Assembly: GCA_963846525.1 (NCBI GenBank) | Contig: CAWJWE010000014.1 | Coordinates: forward strand, 37,047 to 101,046 | Length of the DNA stretch: 64,000 nucleotides | Reading direction: 5' to 3' | Source of the DNA: an uncultured Actinomycetota bacterium | GTDB taxonomy: Bacteria; Actinomycetota; Actinomycetes; JACCUZ01 | Part shown: piece after piece, positions 16,024-25,331 of the stretch | How positions within the stretch are numbered: the first letter of the stretch is position 1 | Layout: every line of letters begins with the position of its first letter | The notes under the pieces: model-generated | Databases searched by the model: none | Seen by the model: the letters and a program-made list of their open reading frames with translations, nothing else | Told to the model about the DNA's origin: nothing | Position numbers and translations under genes: made by a program

Positions 16024-16143
16024 CGGCAGGTACTCGCCGCTGCCGACCAGCGCGACCGGTCCGGGGCGGGTGCCTCCGATGGCTCGCCCCCACCGGCATC
16101 CGACAGGAACAGCGCCGAGGCGGAACGCGCCATGTGCAGCGGG

Positions 16144-17286
16144 CTAGGACGTCGAGAGCTCGAGCCGGATGATCCGGTCGTCACCGTCGCGCGGGCTGCC
16201 GCGGCCGTCGGTGTTGTTGGTGAGCACCCACAGCGAGCCGTCCGGCGCGGCGACGACGGCGCGCAGCCGCCCGTAGCGCCCGGACAGCAGCGCCCGCGGC
16301 GTCCCCGTGCCCCGGTCCAGCAGCGGGATCTGCCAGAGCCGCTCCCCGCGCAGCCCGGCCATGAACACCGAGCCGCCGGCGACCGCGATGCCGCTCGGCG
16401 AGGCGACGTCGGTGTGCCACTGGCGCACCGGGTCGCGGAAGTCGCCGTCGCCGGCCCGGCCCTCGACCTCGGGCCAGCCGTAGTTGCCGTCCGGCACGAT
16501 CCGGTTCAGCTCGTCCCAGGTGTTCTGCCCGAACTCACTAGCCCACAGCCGGCCCCGCTCGTCCCACCCCAGGCCCTGCACATTGCGGTGGCCCAGGCTC
16601 CACACCGGTGAGCCGGCCGGGTTGCCGGGGGCGGCGTCGCCGTCCGGGGTGATCCGAAGGATCTTGCCGCCCAGGTCGTCCGGGTCCTGGGACGGGTCGC
16701 GCCGGCCGGCCTCCCCGGTGCCGACGTAGAGGAAGCCGTCCGGACCGAAGGCGATCCGGCCGCCGTTGTGGATCGGACCGGCCGGGATCCCGTCGAACAC
16801 GGTCCGCTGGCCGGACACCCGCTGACCGTCGTACGTCGCCCGGGCGACCACGTTCTCCGACCCGGCGGTGAAGTAGACGAACACCGTCTGGTCCTGGTCG
16901 TACGACGGCGAGACCGCGAGCCCGAGCAGCCCGCCCTCACCGTTGCCGTCGACGCCGCGCACCGAACCGACGGTCGACACCTCGCCCGAGGCGGTCACCC
17001 GTAGCAGCCGTTCGCTGTCCCGCTCGCTGACCAGGGCCGTGCCATCGGGAAGGAACGCGATGTCCCACGGCGCATCCAGGCCGGTGGCCACCACGCCCGC
17101 CACCCGGGCACGCGCGACCGGGGCCTCGGTCGCCGAGGGCGGCGACGAGGACTGGGCACCGGACGGGCTGCTCGGCGCGGCGCTGGTCGTGCCGTCCGAC
17201 CCGGACTCGTCGTCGCCGGAGCAGCCGGTGAGCAGCCCGGCACAGAGCACGAGAGTGACCGCGGAAGTCGTCAGGCGATGTCGCAT
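16144..17286 (-). CDS. PQQ-dependent sugar dehydrogenase (soluble glucose/sorbosone-dehydrogenase-like) lipoprotein.
   Basis: Lipobox 'LLTGCSG'. 'GLDAPWDIAFLPDG', 'GPDGFLYVGTGE', 'GGKILRITPDG', 'LGHRNVQGLGWD'. Confidence 0.7.
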   Translation of the reverse strand: MRHRLTTSAVTLVLCAGLLTGCSGDDESGSDGTTSAAPSSPSGAQSSSPPSATEAPVARARVAGVVATGLDAPWDIAFLPDGTALVSERDSERLLRVTASGEVSTVGSVRGVDGNGEGGLLGLAVSPSYDQDQTVFVYFTAGSENVVARATYDGQRVSGQRTVFDGIPAGPIHNGGRIAFGPDGFLYVGTGEAGRRDPSQDPDDLGGKILRITPDGDAAPGNPAGSPVWSLGHRNVQGLGWDERGRLWASEFGQNTWDELNRIVPDGNYGWPEVEGRAGDGDFRDPVRQWHTDVASPSGIAVAGGSVFMAGLRGERLWQIPLLDRGTGTPRALLSGRYGRLRAVVAAPDGSLWVLTNNTDGRGSPRDGDDRIIRLELSTS

Positions 17287-17360
17287 CCTCCGAGCCTGTC
17301 CGACGAACCTGGCGTTGACCACGCAGGCGCGAGCCGTGACCCGATCGTTAGGGTCGGCCC

Positions 17361-18395
17361 ATGGCAGACCCCGCCCCGCTGCGCGCCGACCTGGTCCTCG
17401 AGGGCGGCGGCGTGAAAGGCATCGGCCTCACCGCGGTCGCGGCCACCCTCGCCCGGGCCGGCTACACCTTCCCGCGGGTGGCCGGCACCTCCGCGGGGGC
17501 CGTGGTCGGCGCCTTCCTCGTCGCGCTGCAGCGGGCCGGCGAGCCGATCGAGCGGCTCGAGGACGTCGCCCGCAGCCTCGACTACAAGCGGCTGCGCGAC
17601 CGCGGCGTGGTGGGCCGGGCGGCCGGCCCGCTGGCCCGGCTGGTCGACGGGTTCTCACTGGCCTTCGACGGCGGGGTGTTCGAGGGCGACTACCTGCGGT
17701 CCTGGGTGAAGGGCGCGCTCGGCGAGCTCGGCGTGCACACCTTCGGCGACCTGCGGGCCGACGATCCGGGCAGCAGCCTGCCGGAGAGCGAGCGCTACTC
17801 GCTGGTGGTGACCGCCAGCGACGTCTCGCGCAAGCGGTTCGTCCGGCTGCCCTGGGACTACCCGCTCTACGGCCTCGACCCCGACGAGCAGGAGGTCGCG
17901 GACGCGGTGCGCGCCTCGGCGTCCATCCCGTTCTTCTTCGAGCCGGTCACCCTGCGGTCGACCCCCGCTGAGGGGGGCCAGCCCGACGTGTCGACCCTGG
18001 TCGACGGCAGCGTGCTGTCGAACTTCCCGGTCGCGGTGTTCGACCGCACCGACTCACGTCCGCCGCGCTGGCCCACCTTCGGGGCCCGGCTGGCGATGCG
18101 CCCGGACGGCCGGGTCAGCACCACCGAGGTGCGCGGCACCGTGTCACTGGCCCTGTCCCTCGTCGAGACGATGCTCGAGGCCTGCGACGGGCAGCACATC
18201 GACGACCTGTGCGTGCAGTCGCGCAGCATCTTCGTCGACGCGTCGGGCATCTCGCCGGTCGACTTCGGCATCACCGACGAGCAGCAGGAACAGCTGCTGC
18301 TGGCGGGTCACGTGGCGGCCGGGTCGTTCCTCGCCGGCTGGGACTGGCAGCGCTACCTGGCCGACTGCCGGGGGTTCGGGGCCTTGCCCGCGTGA
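17361..18395 (+). CDS. Patatin-like phospholipase.
   Basis: 'GGGVKGIG' oxyanion motif and 'GTSAG' nucleophile. 344 aa. Confidence 0.85.
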   Translation: MADPAPLRADLVLEGGGVKGIGLTAVAATLARAGYTFPRVAGTSAGAVVGAFLVALQRAGEPIERLEDVARSLDYKRLRDRGVVGRAAGPLARLVDGFSLAFDGGVFEGDYLRSWVKGALGELGVHTFGDLRADDPGSSLPESERYSLVVTASDVSRKRFVRLPWDYPLYGLDPDEQEVADAVRASASIPFFFEPVTLRSTPAEGGQPDVSTLVDGSVLSNFPVAVFDRTDSRPPRWPTFGARLAMRPDGRVSTTEVRGTVSLALSLVETMLEACDGQHIDDLCVQSRSIFVDASGISPVDFGITDEQQEQLLLAGHVAAGSFLAGWDWQRYLADCRGFGALPA

Positions 18396-19309
18396 CTGTC
18401 CTGCTGCCGTACGCCGATTGGCCGGCCGTCCTGGACCTGCCCGACGGCCTCGACCTCGCGGTCTACGACGGCGGCGGCGACCCATCCGCGGACCTCGACC
18501 AGGTCGACTTCTACGTCCCGCCCTACCTGGCCGGACCGGCGCCGGCCCGGCTGATGGCGCGGATGCCGGCGCTGCAGGTCGTGCAGACCCTGACGGCCGG
18601 CGTCGACGACATCCGCCCGCTGGTGCCGGACGGCGTGACGCTGTGCAACGCCCGCGGCGTGCACGACGCGTCCACGGCCGAGCTCGCCGTCGGCCTCGCC
18701 CTGGCGTCGCTGCGCGGCATCCCGGAGCACGTCCGGGCGGGGGAGCGGGGCGAGTGGGCGCACGACACCCGGCCGTCGCTGGCCGACCGCCGGGTGCTCA
18801 TCGTCGGTTACGGCGCGGTCGGGGCGGCGGTGGAGCGGCGGCTGTCCGGGTTCGAGTGCGAGGTACGCCGGGTGGCGCGGCGAGCCCGCAGCGGCGCCGT
18901 CCCCGTCGAGCCGTTCGAGACGCTGCCCGAGCTGCTCCCGTGGGCGGAGGTCGTGGTGCTGACGGTGCCGATGACCGAGCACACCCGAGGGCTCGTCGAC
19001 GCGGGCTTCCTGGCCGCGCTGCCCGACGGGGCCCTGGTGGTCAACGTGTCGCGCGGGCCGGTCGTGGTCACCGACGACCTGCTCGCCGAGGTGGGAACCG
19101 GCCGGCTGCGGGCTGCCCTCGACGTCACCGACCCGGAGCCGCTGCCGCCCGACCATCCGCTGTGGTCCAGCCCGGGTGTGCTGATCAGCCCGCACGTCGG
19201 TGGCGACACCACCGCGTTCCTGCCGCGGGCCCGCCGGCTGGTCGAGGAGCAGCTGCGCCGCTACGTCGCCGGGCGGCCGCTGGCGAACGTCATCACCTCG
19301 GCGTACTGA
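18392..19309 (+). CDS. D-isomer-specific 2-hydroxyacid dehydrogenase family NAD-binding protein.
   Basis: GTG overlaps the patatin TGA. 'VLIVGYGAVGAAVERRL', 'PHVGGDT'. Confidence 0.85.
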   Translation: MTVLLPYADWPAVLDLPDGLDLAVYDGGGDPSADLDQVDFYVPPYLAGPAPARLMARMPALQVVQTLTAGVDDIRPLVPDGVTLCNARGVHDASTAELAVGLALASLRGIPEHVRAGERGEWAHDTRPSLADRRVLIVGYGAVGAAVERRLSGFECEVRRVARRARSGAVPVEPFETLPELLPWAEVVVLTVPMTEHTRGLVDAGFLAALPDGALVVNVSRGPVVVTDDLLAEVGTGRLRAALDVTDPEPLPPDHPLWSSPGVLISPHVGGDTTAFLPRARRLVEEQLRRYVAGRPLANVITSAY

Positions 19310-19323
19310 CGTACAGTCCGGCC

Positions 19324-20634
19324 GTGGAGCCCCTTCCACGGCCCGACCAGCTGACGGCCGGGCCGGACGACGCCGGCCGCCCCGGGCGACCGCGCCTGCG
19401 GTGGGCCGCCGCGCTGGCGATCGGGCTGGTGGCGGTGGCCGTGCTCCGGCCGGACCTCTCGCTGCACGGCGAGCCGCCCGCGGACTCACGTCCCAACCCG
19501 GCTCCGACCGCCACTCCCACGAGCGGCACCCCGACGTCGGTGGTCACCTGGGACGCCCGCGGCGACCTCTCCGCCGACCTGGCGTTCCTGCAGGCGGCGG
19601 TCACCCGGATCCGGCACGACCGGCCGGAGGTGGCCCGGGTCTTCTTCGCCGGCCGGTTGCCCGACGGCGGCCGGCTGGTGCTGGCCGGCACCGACGTCTA
19701 CCGCGACGTCGTCGCGACGGCGGTGCACGCCCTGGTGATCGGGCCTGGAGCGGCGGTCGCGGACGCGTCGATGTCCGAGCTCGCCCCCTTGACCGACCCG
19801 CAGCAGGTCCTGGCCTGGGCCGGCCGTGGCACGAACGGCCATGTCTCCGCCGTCGTCCTGAGCCGTCCCGGTCCGGTGCGCTTCGAGATCTCGCCGGCAG
19901 TGCGGTACGCCGACGACGGCGCACCCCGCCGGATCTGGGCCCCGGTCTACACCGAGGACGGGGTGGTGGTGTCCGACCTGGGCGCCGACGTCGACCCCGT
20001 CGTGACGGTCCGAGCCGTCGGGCCGGGTGTGTTCCCGGAGGCCGTGAGGGTGCCCGTGGTGGGCGATGCGTGGGTCTCCGCGGAGCCGCCGATCCAGATC
20101 CGCGGCGTCGACGCCCGGTCGTACCGCGGCCCGGACCCGGCCCTGCTCGAGCGCGGGCTGCGGCAGGCGGCCGGGGCGCTGGCCGACCTGTCCACCGCCC
20201 GGGTGCGGGTGATCTGGAGCGGGGCGCCCTGGCGGGAGCGCCGGCTGGCCCTGGTGCTGGTGACCCGGCCGGACGGCGTGCGGCTGCAGACCGTGGTGGG
20301 CCAGCAGGGCAGCTCCGGGTTCACCGTCGGTGTCCGCGCGCTGCCCCTGGGCGGGCCGGCGCTGCTGCCCTGGCTGCTGGAGCCGTTCTCGGCGGCCGAC
20401 CCGACCTTCCTGCTCTGCCCCACCGGCGCGGGAACCCTGGTCTACCAACGGCCGGGCCGTGCGGACCGGCGGCTGCCCATCCCGGCGTCCGGGGCGGTAG
20501 CCCTCATGGAGCCGGCCCCGAACCCGCCCACGGCCAGCGGTGCGCGGGTGACCCTGCTCGACCCTCAGGGTCGCGAGCGGCTCTCGACGGTCCTGCCGGA
20601 CGCCGCGGTCGACGACCCGCTGGCGCTGGACTGA
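19324..20634 (+). CDS. Hypothetical membrane-anchored protein (single N-terminal TM, large extracytoplasmic domain), no recognised domain.
   Basis: A GTG 15 nt after the dehydrogenase stop. TM 'LRWAAALAIGLVAVAVL'. Codon usage is consistent across about 436 aa. Confidence 0.45.
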   Translation: MEPLPRPDQLTAGPDDAGRPGRPRLRWAAALAIGLVAVAVLRPDLSLHGEPPADSRPNPAPTATPTSGTPTSVVTWDARGDLSADLAFLQAAVTRIRHDRPEVARVFFAGRLPDGGRLVLAGTDVYRDVVATAVHALVIGPGAAVADASMSELAPLTDPQQVLAWAGRGTNGHVSAVVLSRPGPVRFEISPAVRYADDGAPRRIWAPVYTEDGVVVSDLGADVDPVVTVRAVGPGVFPEAVRVPVVGDAWVSAEPPIQIRGVDARSYRGPDPALLERGLRQAAGALADLSTARVRVIWSGAPWRERRLALVLVTRPDGVRLQTVVGQQGSSGFTVGVRALPLGGPALLPWLLEPFSAADPTFLLCPTGAGTLVYQRPGRADRRLPIPASGAVALMEPAPNPPTASGARVTLLDPQGRERLSTVLPDAAVDDPLALD

Positions 20635-21416
20635 CCCGGCCGGCGCAGGTGCCAGCCGGCCGGCCGAAGGGCGACGTAACGCGCCAGCCGGAAGCCCACG
20701 GCCACGACGGCGGCACCGGCGACGGCGTCGAGCAGGTAGTGGTTCGCCGTCCCGACCACGACGAGGGTCGTGATGACCGGGTAGGCCACCGCCAGGATCC
20801 GCACCCAGCGGTGGGTGCTCAGGCCGACGACGACCCAGGCGACCCAGACCGCCCAGCCGACGTGCAGGGACGGCATCGCGGCCAGCTGGTTGGTCAGAGC
20901 GCCGAGACCCTTCGGGGCGCTGGCCTCGCCGCCCCACCAGCCGGCGTACGACGTCGTGGCGAGGGTGTCGACGAAGCCGGGCAGCATCCGCGGCGGAGCC
21001 ATCGGCAGCAGGGTGAAGCCCACCAGCCCGATCGCGCTGGCGATCACCAGGGCGTTGCGGACCCGCGGGTAGTCCCCGTGCCGGCGGCGGTAGACCCAGA
21101 CCAGCACGGCGGGCGTGACCACGTAGTGCAGCAGCGAATACCAGTAGCTCGCGACGATCGCCAGCAGCGGCCAGGCCTGGAGGGCGTCGTTCGCAGGCCC
21201 CTCGATGTCGATCTGCAGGGCGCGCTCGACCGCCAGCAGGTCGTGCGCGTTGGCCGTGGCGCCGGCCAGGTCGGCGTGCCCGAGCAGTCGGGCGGCGCTG
21301 TACCCGGCGTACAGGAGGGCGAGCAGGCCGAGCTCGCGCACCCAGCGCGCCCGCCGGGGTCGCGCGGCCGGCACGGCCTGGGCCGCGGGTCGGGTGGGCA
21401 GCTCGCACATCGTCAT
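20565..21416 (-). CDS. PAP2-superfamily integral membrane protein.
   Basis: Polytopic, with 'MPSLHVGWAVW' and 'GTANHYLLDAVAG' (the PAP2 phosphatase-fold C2/C3 motifs). Confidence 0.55.
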   Translation of the reverse strand: MTMCELPTRPAAQAVPAARPRRARWVRELGLLALLYAGYSAARLLGHADLAGATANAHDLLAVERALQIDIEGPANDALQAWPLLAIVASYWYSLLHYVVTPAVLVWVYRRRHGDYPRVRNALVIASAIGLVGFTLLPMAPPRMLPGFVDTLATTSYAGWWGGEASAPKGLGALTNQLAAMPSLHVGWAVWVAWVVVGLSTHRWVRILAVAYPVITTLVVVGTANHYLLDAVAGAAVVAVGFRLARYVALRPAGWHLRRPGQSSASGSSTAASGRTVESRSRP

Positions 21417-21608
21417 GGCTCAAGCCTCCTTCCGGTCCGGTGCGCCGCACCATGTCGCTAGCCGCCCGCCCCGGGTGGGGCTGGCACCACCCCAGTGGGC
21501 CACCAGCCGCTTGCAGCCGGGTTGCAAACCGCTGATGCTCGACCCGGGACGGTCTCGCCCGGCGGACCCGTCCCAGCGACGGCACGCGCGGGGTGACAGC
21601 ATCGGGGG

Positions 21609-23318
21609 GTGCCGAAGCATTCCTCGTCCGCGCCCGACATCAAGCCGCGCAGCCGCGACGTCACCGACGGCCTGGAGAAGACGGCGGCCCGGGGCATGCT
21701 GCGCGCGGTCGGCATGGGTGACGCCGACTTCGCCAAGCCGCAGATCGGCGTCGCGTCCAGCTGGAACGAGATCACCCCGTGCAACCTCTCGCTGCAGCGG
21801 CTGGCGCAGTCCGCCAAGGAGGGCGTGCACGCGGCCGGCGGCTACCCGCTGGAGTTCGGCACCATCTCGGTCTCCGACGGCATCGCGATGGGCCACGAGG
21901 GGATGCACTTCTCGCTGGTGTCCCGCGAGGTCATCGCCGACTCCGTCGAGGTGGTCATGCAGGCCGAGCGGCTGGACGGGTCGGTGCTGCTCGCCGGCTG
22001 CGACAAGTCGCTGCCCGGGATGCTGATGGCCGCCGCCCGGCTCGACCTGGCCAGCGTCTTCCTGTACGCCGGGTCGATCCTGCCGGGCATCGCGAAGCTC
22101 ACCGACGGCACCGAGAAGCAGGTCACGATCATCGACGCCTTCGAGGCCGTCGGGGCCTGCGCCCGCGGGCTGATGAGCCGCGAGGACGTCGACATCATCG
22201 AGCGGGCGATCTGCCCAGGCGAGGGCGCCTGCGGCGGCATGTACACCGCGAACACGATGGCCAGCGCTGCCGAGGCACTCGGCATGTCACTACCCGGTAG
22301 CGCCGCGCCGCCCGCCACCGACCGGCGCCGGGACGGCTTCGCCCGACGGTCCGGCGAGGCCGTCGTCGCGATGCTGCGGCAGGGCATCACCGCGCGCGAC
22401 ATCCTCACCCGCGAGGCGTTCGAGAACGCGATCGCTGTGGTGATGGCGTTCGGCGGCTCCACCAACGCGGTGCTGCACCTGCTGGCCATCGCCCGCGAGG
22501 CCGAGGTCGAGCTCGACCTCGACGACTTCGACCGGATCGGCGCGACGGTGCCGCACCTCGCCGACGTCAAGCCGTTCGGCGAGTACGTGATGACCGACGT
22601 GGACCGGGTGGGCGGGGTCCCGGTGGTGATGAGGGCACTGCTCGACGCGGGACTGATGCACGGCGACGTCCTGACCGTCACCGGCCGCACGATGGCCGAG
22701 AACCTCGCCGACATCGCCCCGCCGGACCTCGACGGCAAGGTGGTCCGGGCGATGTCCGACCCCATCCACCGCAGCGGCGGCCTGACGATCCTGCGCGGCT
22801 CGCTGGCACCGGACGGTGCCGTGGTGAAGACGGCCGGCTTCGACGCCGACGTCTTCGAGGGCACGGCGCGGGTCTTCGACCGGGAGCGCGCCGCGATGGA
22901 CGCGCTGGAGGACGGCACGATCGCGGCCGGCGACGTGGTGGTGATCAGGTACGAGGGCCCGAAGGGCGGCCCCGGGATGCGCGAGATGCTCGCCATCACC
23001 GGCGCGATCAAGGGCGCCGGACTCGGCAAGGACGTCCTGCTGCTCACCGACGGGCGGTTCTCCGGCGGCACCACCGGGCTCTGCGTCGGGCACGTGGCCC
23101 CGGAGGCGGTCGACGGCGGGCCGGTGGCGCTGGTGGCCGACGGGGACCGGATCCGGCTCGACGTCGCGAGCCGGCGTCTCGACCTGCTGGTCGAGGACGA
23201 CGAGCTGGCCCGCCGGCGTACGTCGTGGCAGCCGTTGCCGCCGGTCTACACCAGCGGAGTGCTCGCGAAGTACGTGAAGCTGGTCGGCTCGGCCGCCCAC
23301 GGCGCCGTCTGCAGCTGA
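21609..23318 (+). CDS. ilvD: Dihydroxy-acid dehydratase.
   Basis: '[15 protein letters not shown]', '[17 protein letters not shown]', '[23 protein letters not shown]'. GTG start. Confidence 0.95.
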   Translation: MPKHSSSAPDIKPRSRDVTDGLEKTAARGMLRAVGMGDADFAKPQIGVASSWNEITPCNLSLQRLAQSAKEGVHAAGGYPLEFGTISVSDGIAMGHEGMHFSLVSREVIADSVEVVMQAERLDGSVLLAGCDKSLPGMLMAAARLDLASVFLYAGSILPGIAKLTDGTEKQVTIIDAFEAVGACARGLMSREDVDIIERAICPGEGACGGMYTANTMASAAEALGMSLPGSAAPPATDRRRDGFARRSGEAVVAMLRQGITARDILTREAFENAIAVVMAFGGSTNAVLHLLAIAREAEVELDLDDFDRIGATVPHLADVKPFGEYVMTDVDRVGGVPVVMRALLDAGLMHGDVLTVTGRTMAENLADIAPPDLDGKVVRAMSDPIHRSGGLTILRGSLAPDGAVVKTAGFDADVFEGTARVFDRERAAMDALEDGTIAAGDVVVIRYEGPKGGPGMREMLAITGAIKGAGLGKDVLLLTDGRFSGGTTGLCVGHVAPEAVDGGPVALVADGDRIRLDVASRRLDLLVEDDELARRRTSWQPLPPVYTSGVLAKYVKLVGSAAHGAVCS

Positions 23319-23328
23319 GCCCGGCCGG

Positions 23329-25050
23329 TCAGCGGCCGAGCAGGCCGCCGAGCAACCCGCCGCTGCCGGGCCCGCTCGAACTGCTCGGCCCGGAGCTGGA
23401 GCCCGACGAGCCCGACCCGGAAGAACCGGAGCCGGAGGACCCCGAGCCGGACGAGCCGGACCCGAGCAGCGTGCCGAGCGTGTCGTCGACGGTGTCCAAG
23501 GTGTCGTCGACGGTCCCGGTGACGGTGCCGACCGGGTCAGCGAGCACGTCGTCGACGGTGCCGGTCACCGTGCCGACCGGGTCCTTGACGACGTTGGTCA
23601 CGGTGCCCTTCGGGTCCTTGAGCACCTCACCGACCACGCCCGGCCTGGAGTCGTTCCGGGGTGTCGCCGGCGGCGGGGCGGTCGTCGGGGTCGGCTGCGA
23701 CCGGGGCGGGGGCGGGGGCGGCGGCGGGGCGGGCGGAGCCGGCGGAACCGGGTCGGGTGCGTCCGACGCCGTTCCGGCCGGGGGCTTGGCCGACTCAGCG
23801 GTGGGTGCGTCCCGGTGCGTTCGCGCTGGTTCGGGCTCGACCAGGCCTGGGTTCGCGGCGCCGGCCGTGCGGCTGCTGGCTGGCGCTCCCGGCGCAACGG
23901 TGGCCACCGGGCCGTCGTGCTTCTCGGCGACGTCGAGCACCTGGGTGTGCGCGGGCGGGGCAGGCTCCGCGACGACGCCCATGCTCACTCCGCCGGCGAC
24001 CGCGCCGGTCGCGAGGGCGCCGGCTCCGACCACCCGGGCCACGGTCGCGGCCGGCACCGATGCGGTGGCCACCAGCGGGATGTCGGACAGCCAGGCCAGC
24101 ACGCCCTGGGCGCGGCGCAGCCGGGGGGCACCCACCGAGAGCATCGCGCGCACCACGACCGGGTCGAACTGGCTGCCGGAGAAGCGCACCAGCTCGCGGT
24201 ACGCGGCCGCGCGCGACACCGGCCGCTTGTACGCCCGGGCGGCGGTCATCACGTCGAACGCGTCGGCCACCGAGACGATCCGCGCGCCCTGGCTGATCTC
24301 GCGCCCGGCCAGGCCGGTCGGGTACCCGGTGCCGTCGTACCGCTCGTGGTGCTCGACGATCACCGCCCCCCACTCGCCGAGCCACGGCAGCAGTGCTCCC
24401 GCGATGTCGGCGCCGTGCGCCGGGTGGGCGCGCAGGACGTCCCACTCGTCCGGGGTGGGCTTGCCGGGCTTGTTGAGCAGGGTGGTCGGGACCCTCAGCT
24501 TGCCGACGTCGTGCAGGATCGCGGCCCACCGGAGCAGGTCGCGGTCCCGCTCCGGGATCTTCAGCTCCTCGGCCAGCAGGTCGGTGAACATCCGCACGCG
24601 TTCGGCGTGCCCGCGGGTGGGCCGGTCGTGGGCGCTGAGCGCCGCCACCAGGGTGAGGATCTCGCGGGCGACGGCGCCCGGGTCAGCACCGGCCCGCGCG
24701 ACCCGGGCGAGCTGCTCCTCGATCGGGGCGCGCTTGATGGCCGCCCGGGCCACCCGCAGCCGGGACGGGGCGCCGTCCGGGAACAGCATGCTCAGGTCCA
24801 GCAGGGTGGCCAGGGGGAGGGCCCGCCGGGCCAGCCGGTCGACGACGACCAGCGCCGCGGTGGAGACCGCGACCAGCGCGAGCAGGTAGGCGAAGTGTCC
24901 CCCGACCCCGACGGCGGGCGGCAGCAGCGGGCGGACCAGGGCGGCGGCCCCGACGGATGCGGCGACCGGCGCGACGAAGACGAGCACCCGGATGGCGCGG
25001 GCCAGGCGCGGACGCCGACCCCAGCGCCCGCGGTTCGCGTCGTCGTCCAT
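23329..25050 (-). CDS. HD-GYP domain phosphodiesterase with an N-terminal TM region and a roughly 200-aa low-complexity Pro/Gly-Ser-rich C-terminal tail.
   Basis: Start ATG at 25050 ('MDDDANRGRW'). TM 'VLVFVAPVAASVGAAALV'. HD-GYP 'HAERVRMFTDLLAEE...LHDVGKLRVP...HHERYDGTGYP'. Tail contains 'PPAPPAPPPPPPPP', tandem 'KDPVGTVTGTVDD' units and 'GSGSSGSGSS' repeats. Confidence 0.8.
   Translation of the reverse strand: MDDDANRGRWGRRPRLARAIRVLVFVAPVAASVGAAALVRPLLPPAVGVGGHFAYLLALVAVSTAALVVVDRLARRALPLATLLDLSMLFPDGAPSRLRVARAAIKRAPIEEQLARVARAGADPGAVAREILTLVAALSAHDRPTRGHAERVRMFTDLLAEELKIPERDRDLLRWAAILHDVGKLRVPTTLLNKPGKPTPDEWDVLRAHPAHGADIAGALLPWLGEWGAVIVEHHERYDGTGYPTGLAGREISQGARIVSVADAFDVMTAARAYKRPVSRAAAYRELVRFSGSQFDPVVVRAMLSVGAPRLRRAQGVLAWLSDIPLVATASVPAATVARVVGAGALATGAVAGGVSMGVVAEPAPPAHTQVLDVAEKHDGPVATVAPGAPASSRTAGAANPGLVEPEPARTHRDAPTAESAKPPAGTASDAPDPVPPAPPAPPPPPPPPRSQPTPTTAPPPATPRNDSRPGVVGEVLKDPKGTVTNVVKDPVGTVTGTVDDVLADPVGTVTGTVDDTLDTVDDTLGTLLGSGSSGSGSSGSGSSGSGSSGSSSGPSSSSGPGSGGLLGGLLGR
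23340..23640. repeat. Coding tandem and simple-sequence repeats: a (GGN)-rich GS-repeat block and tandem units of about 36 bp 'gtcgtcgacggtgccggtcaccgtgccgaccgggtc'.
   Basis: Direct repetition visible at 23491-23600 and 23340-23470. Confidence 0.7.
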
Positions 25051-25196
25051 CTCGGCCCCCTTGACCTTCCCTTGACCATCGAACACGGACGGTCGCTGGT
25101 CGATCACCCAGAGGAGTGAACCTGCCTGCCGCCCGGCATCCGAGACGCCCGGTGCCACCCGTTGACACGCTGGTCGCCCCCCAGGAGGGTGTGAGC

Positions 25197-25235
25197 ATGC
25201 AGTCCCTCGTCGTACTTCGCCTGCGCGCCGCCTGA
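25197..25235 (+). CDS. ilvB leader peptide MQSLVVLRLRAA (12 aa, branched-chain-rich).
   Basis: RBS 'ccaggagggtgtgagcATG'. Codons L-V-V-L in a row. Followed 20 nt later by the terminator hairpin. A TTGACA -35-like hexamer at 25162. Confidence 0.6.
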   Translation: MQSLVVLRLRAA

Positions 25236-25255
25236 CGCCCGTCAGCCGAGCGCGC

Positions 25256-25297
25256 AACCCCTCGTGAGTCCACCTCCGGACCGAGGGGTTTTTTGTT
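25256..25297 (+). terminator. Rho-independent terminator / attenuator preceding ilvB.
   Basis: Stem 'cccctcg..gtcc / ggac.cgagggg' followed by 'ttttttgtt'. The ilvB RBS and ATG are about 35 nt downstream. Confidence 0.65.
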
Positions 25298-25331
25298 GGC
25301 CGAACGCACCCGTCCGAGAGAGGTCCCGCAG

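Noticed and set aside
25293-25331. A TTG 'start' of ilvB at 25293, and likewise the TTG at 36948 for the cimA/leuA-family gene.
   Set aside because: These codons lie inside the U-tract of the upstream terminator. Proper RBS-preceded starts (ATG 25332; GTG 36963) follow, and match conserved N-termini.
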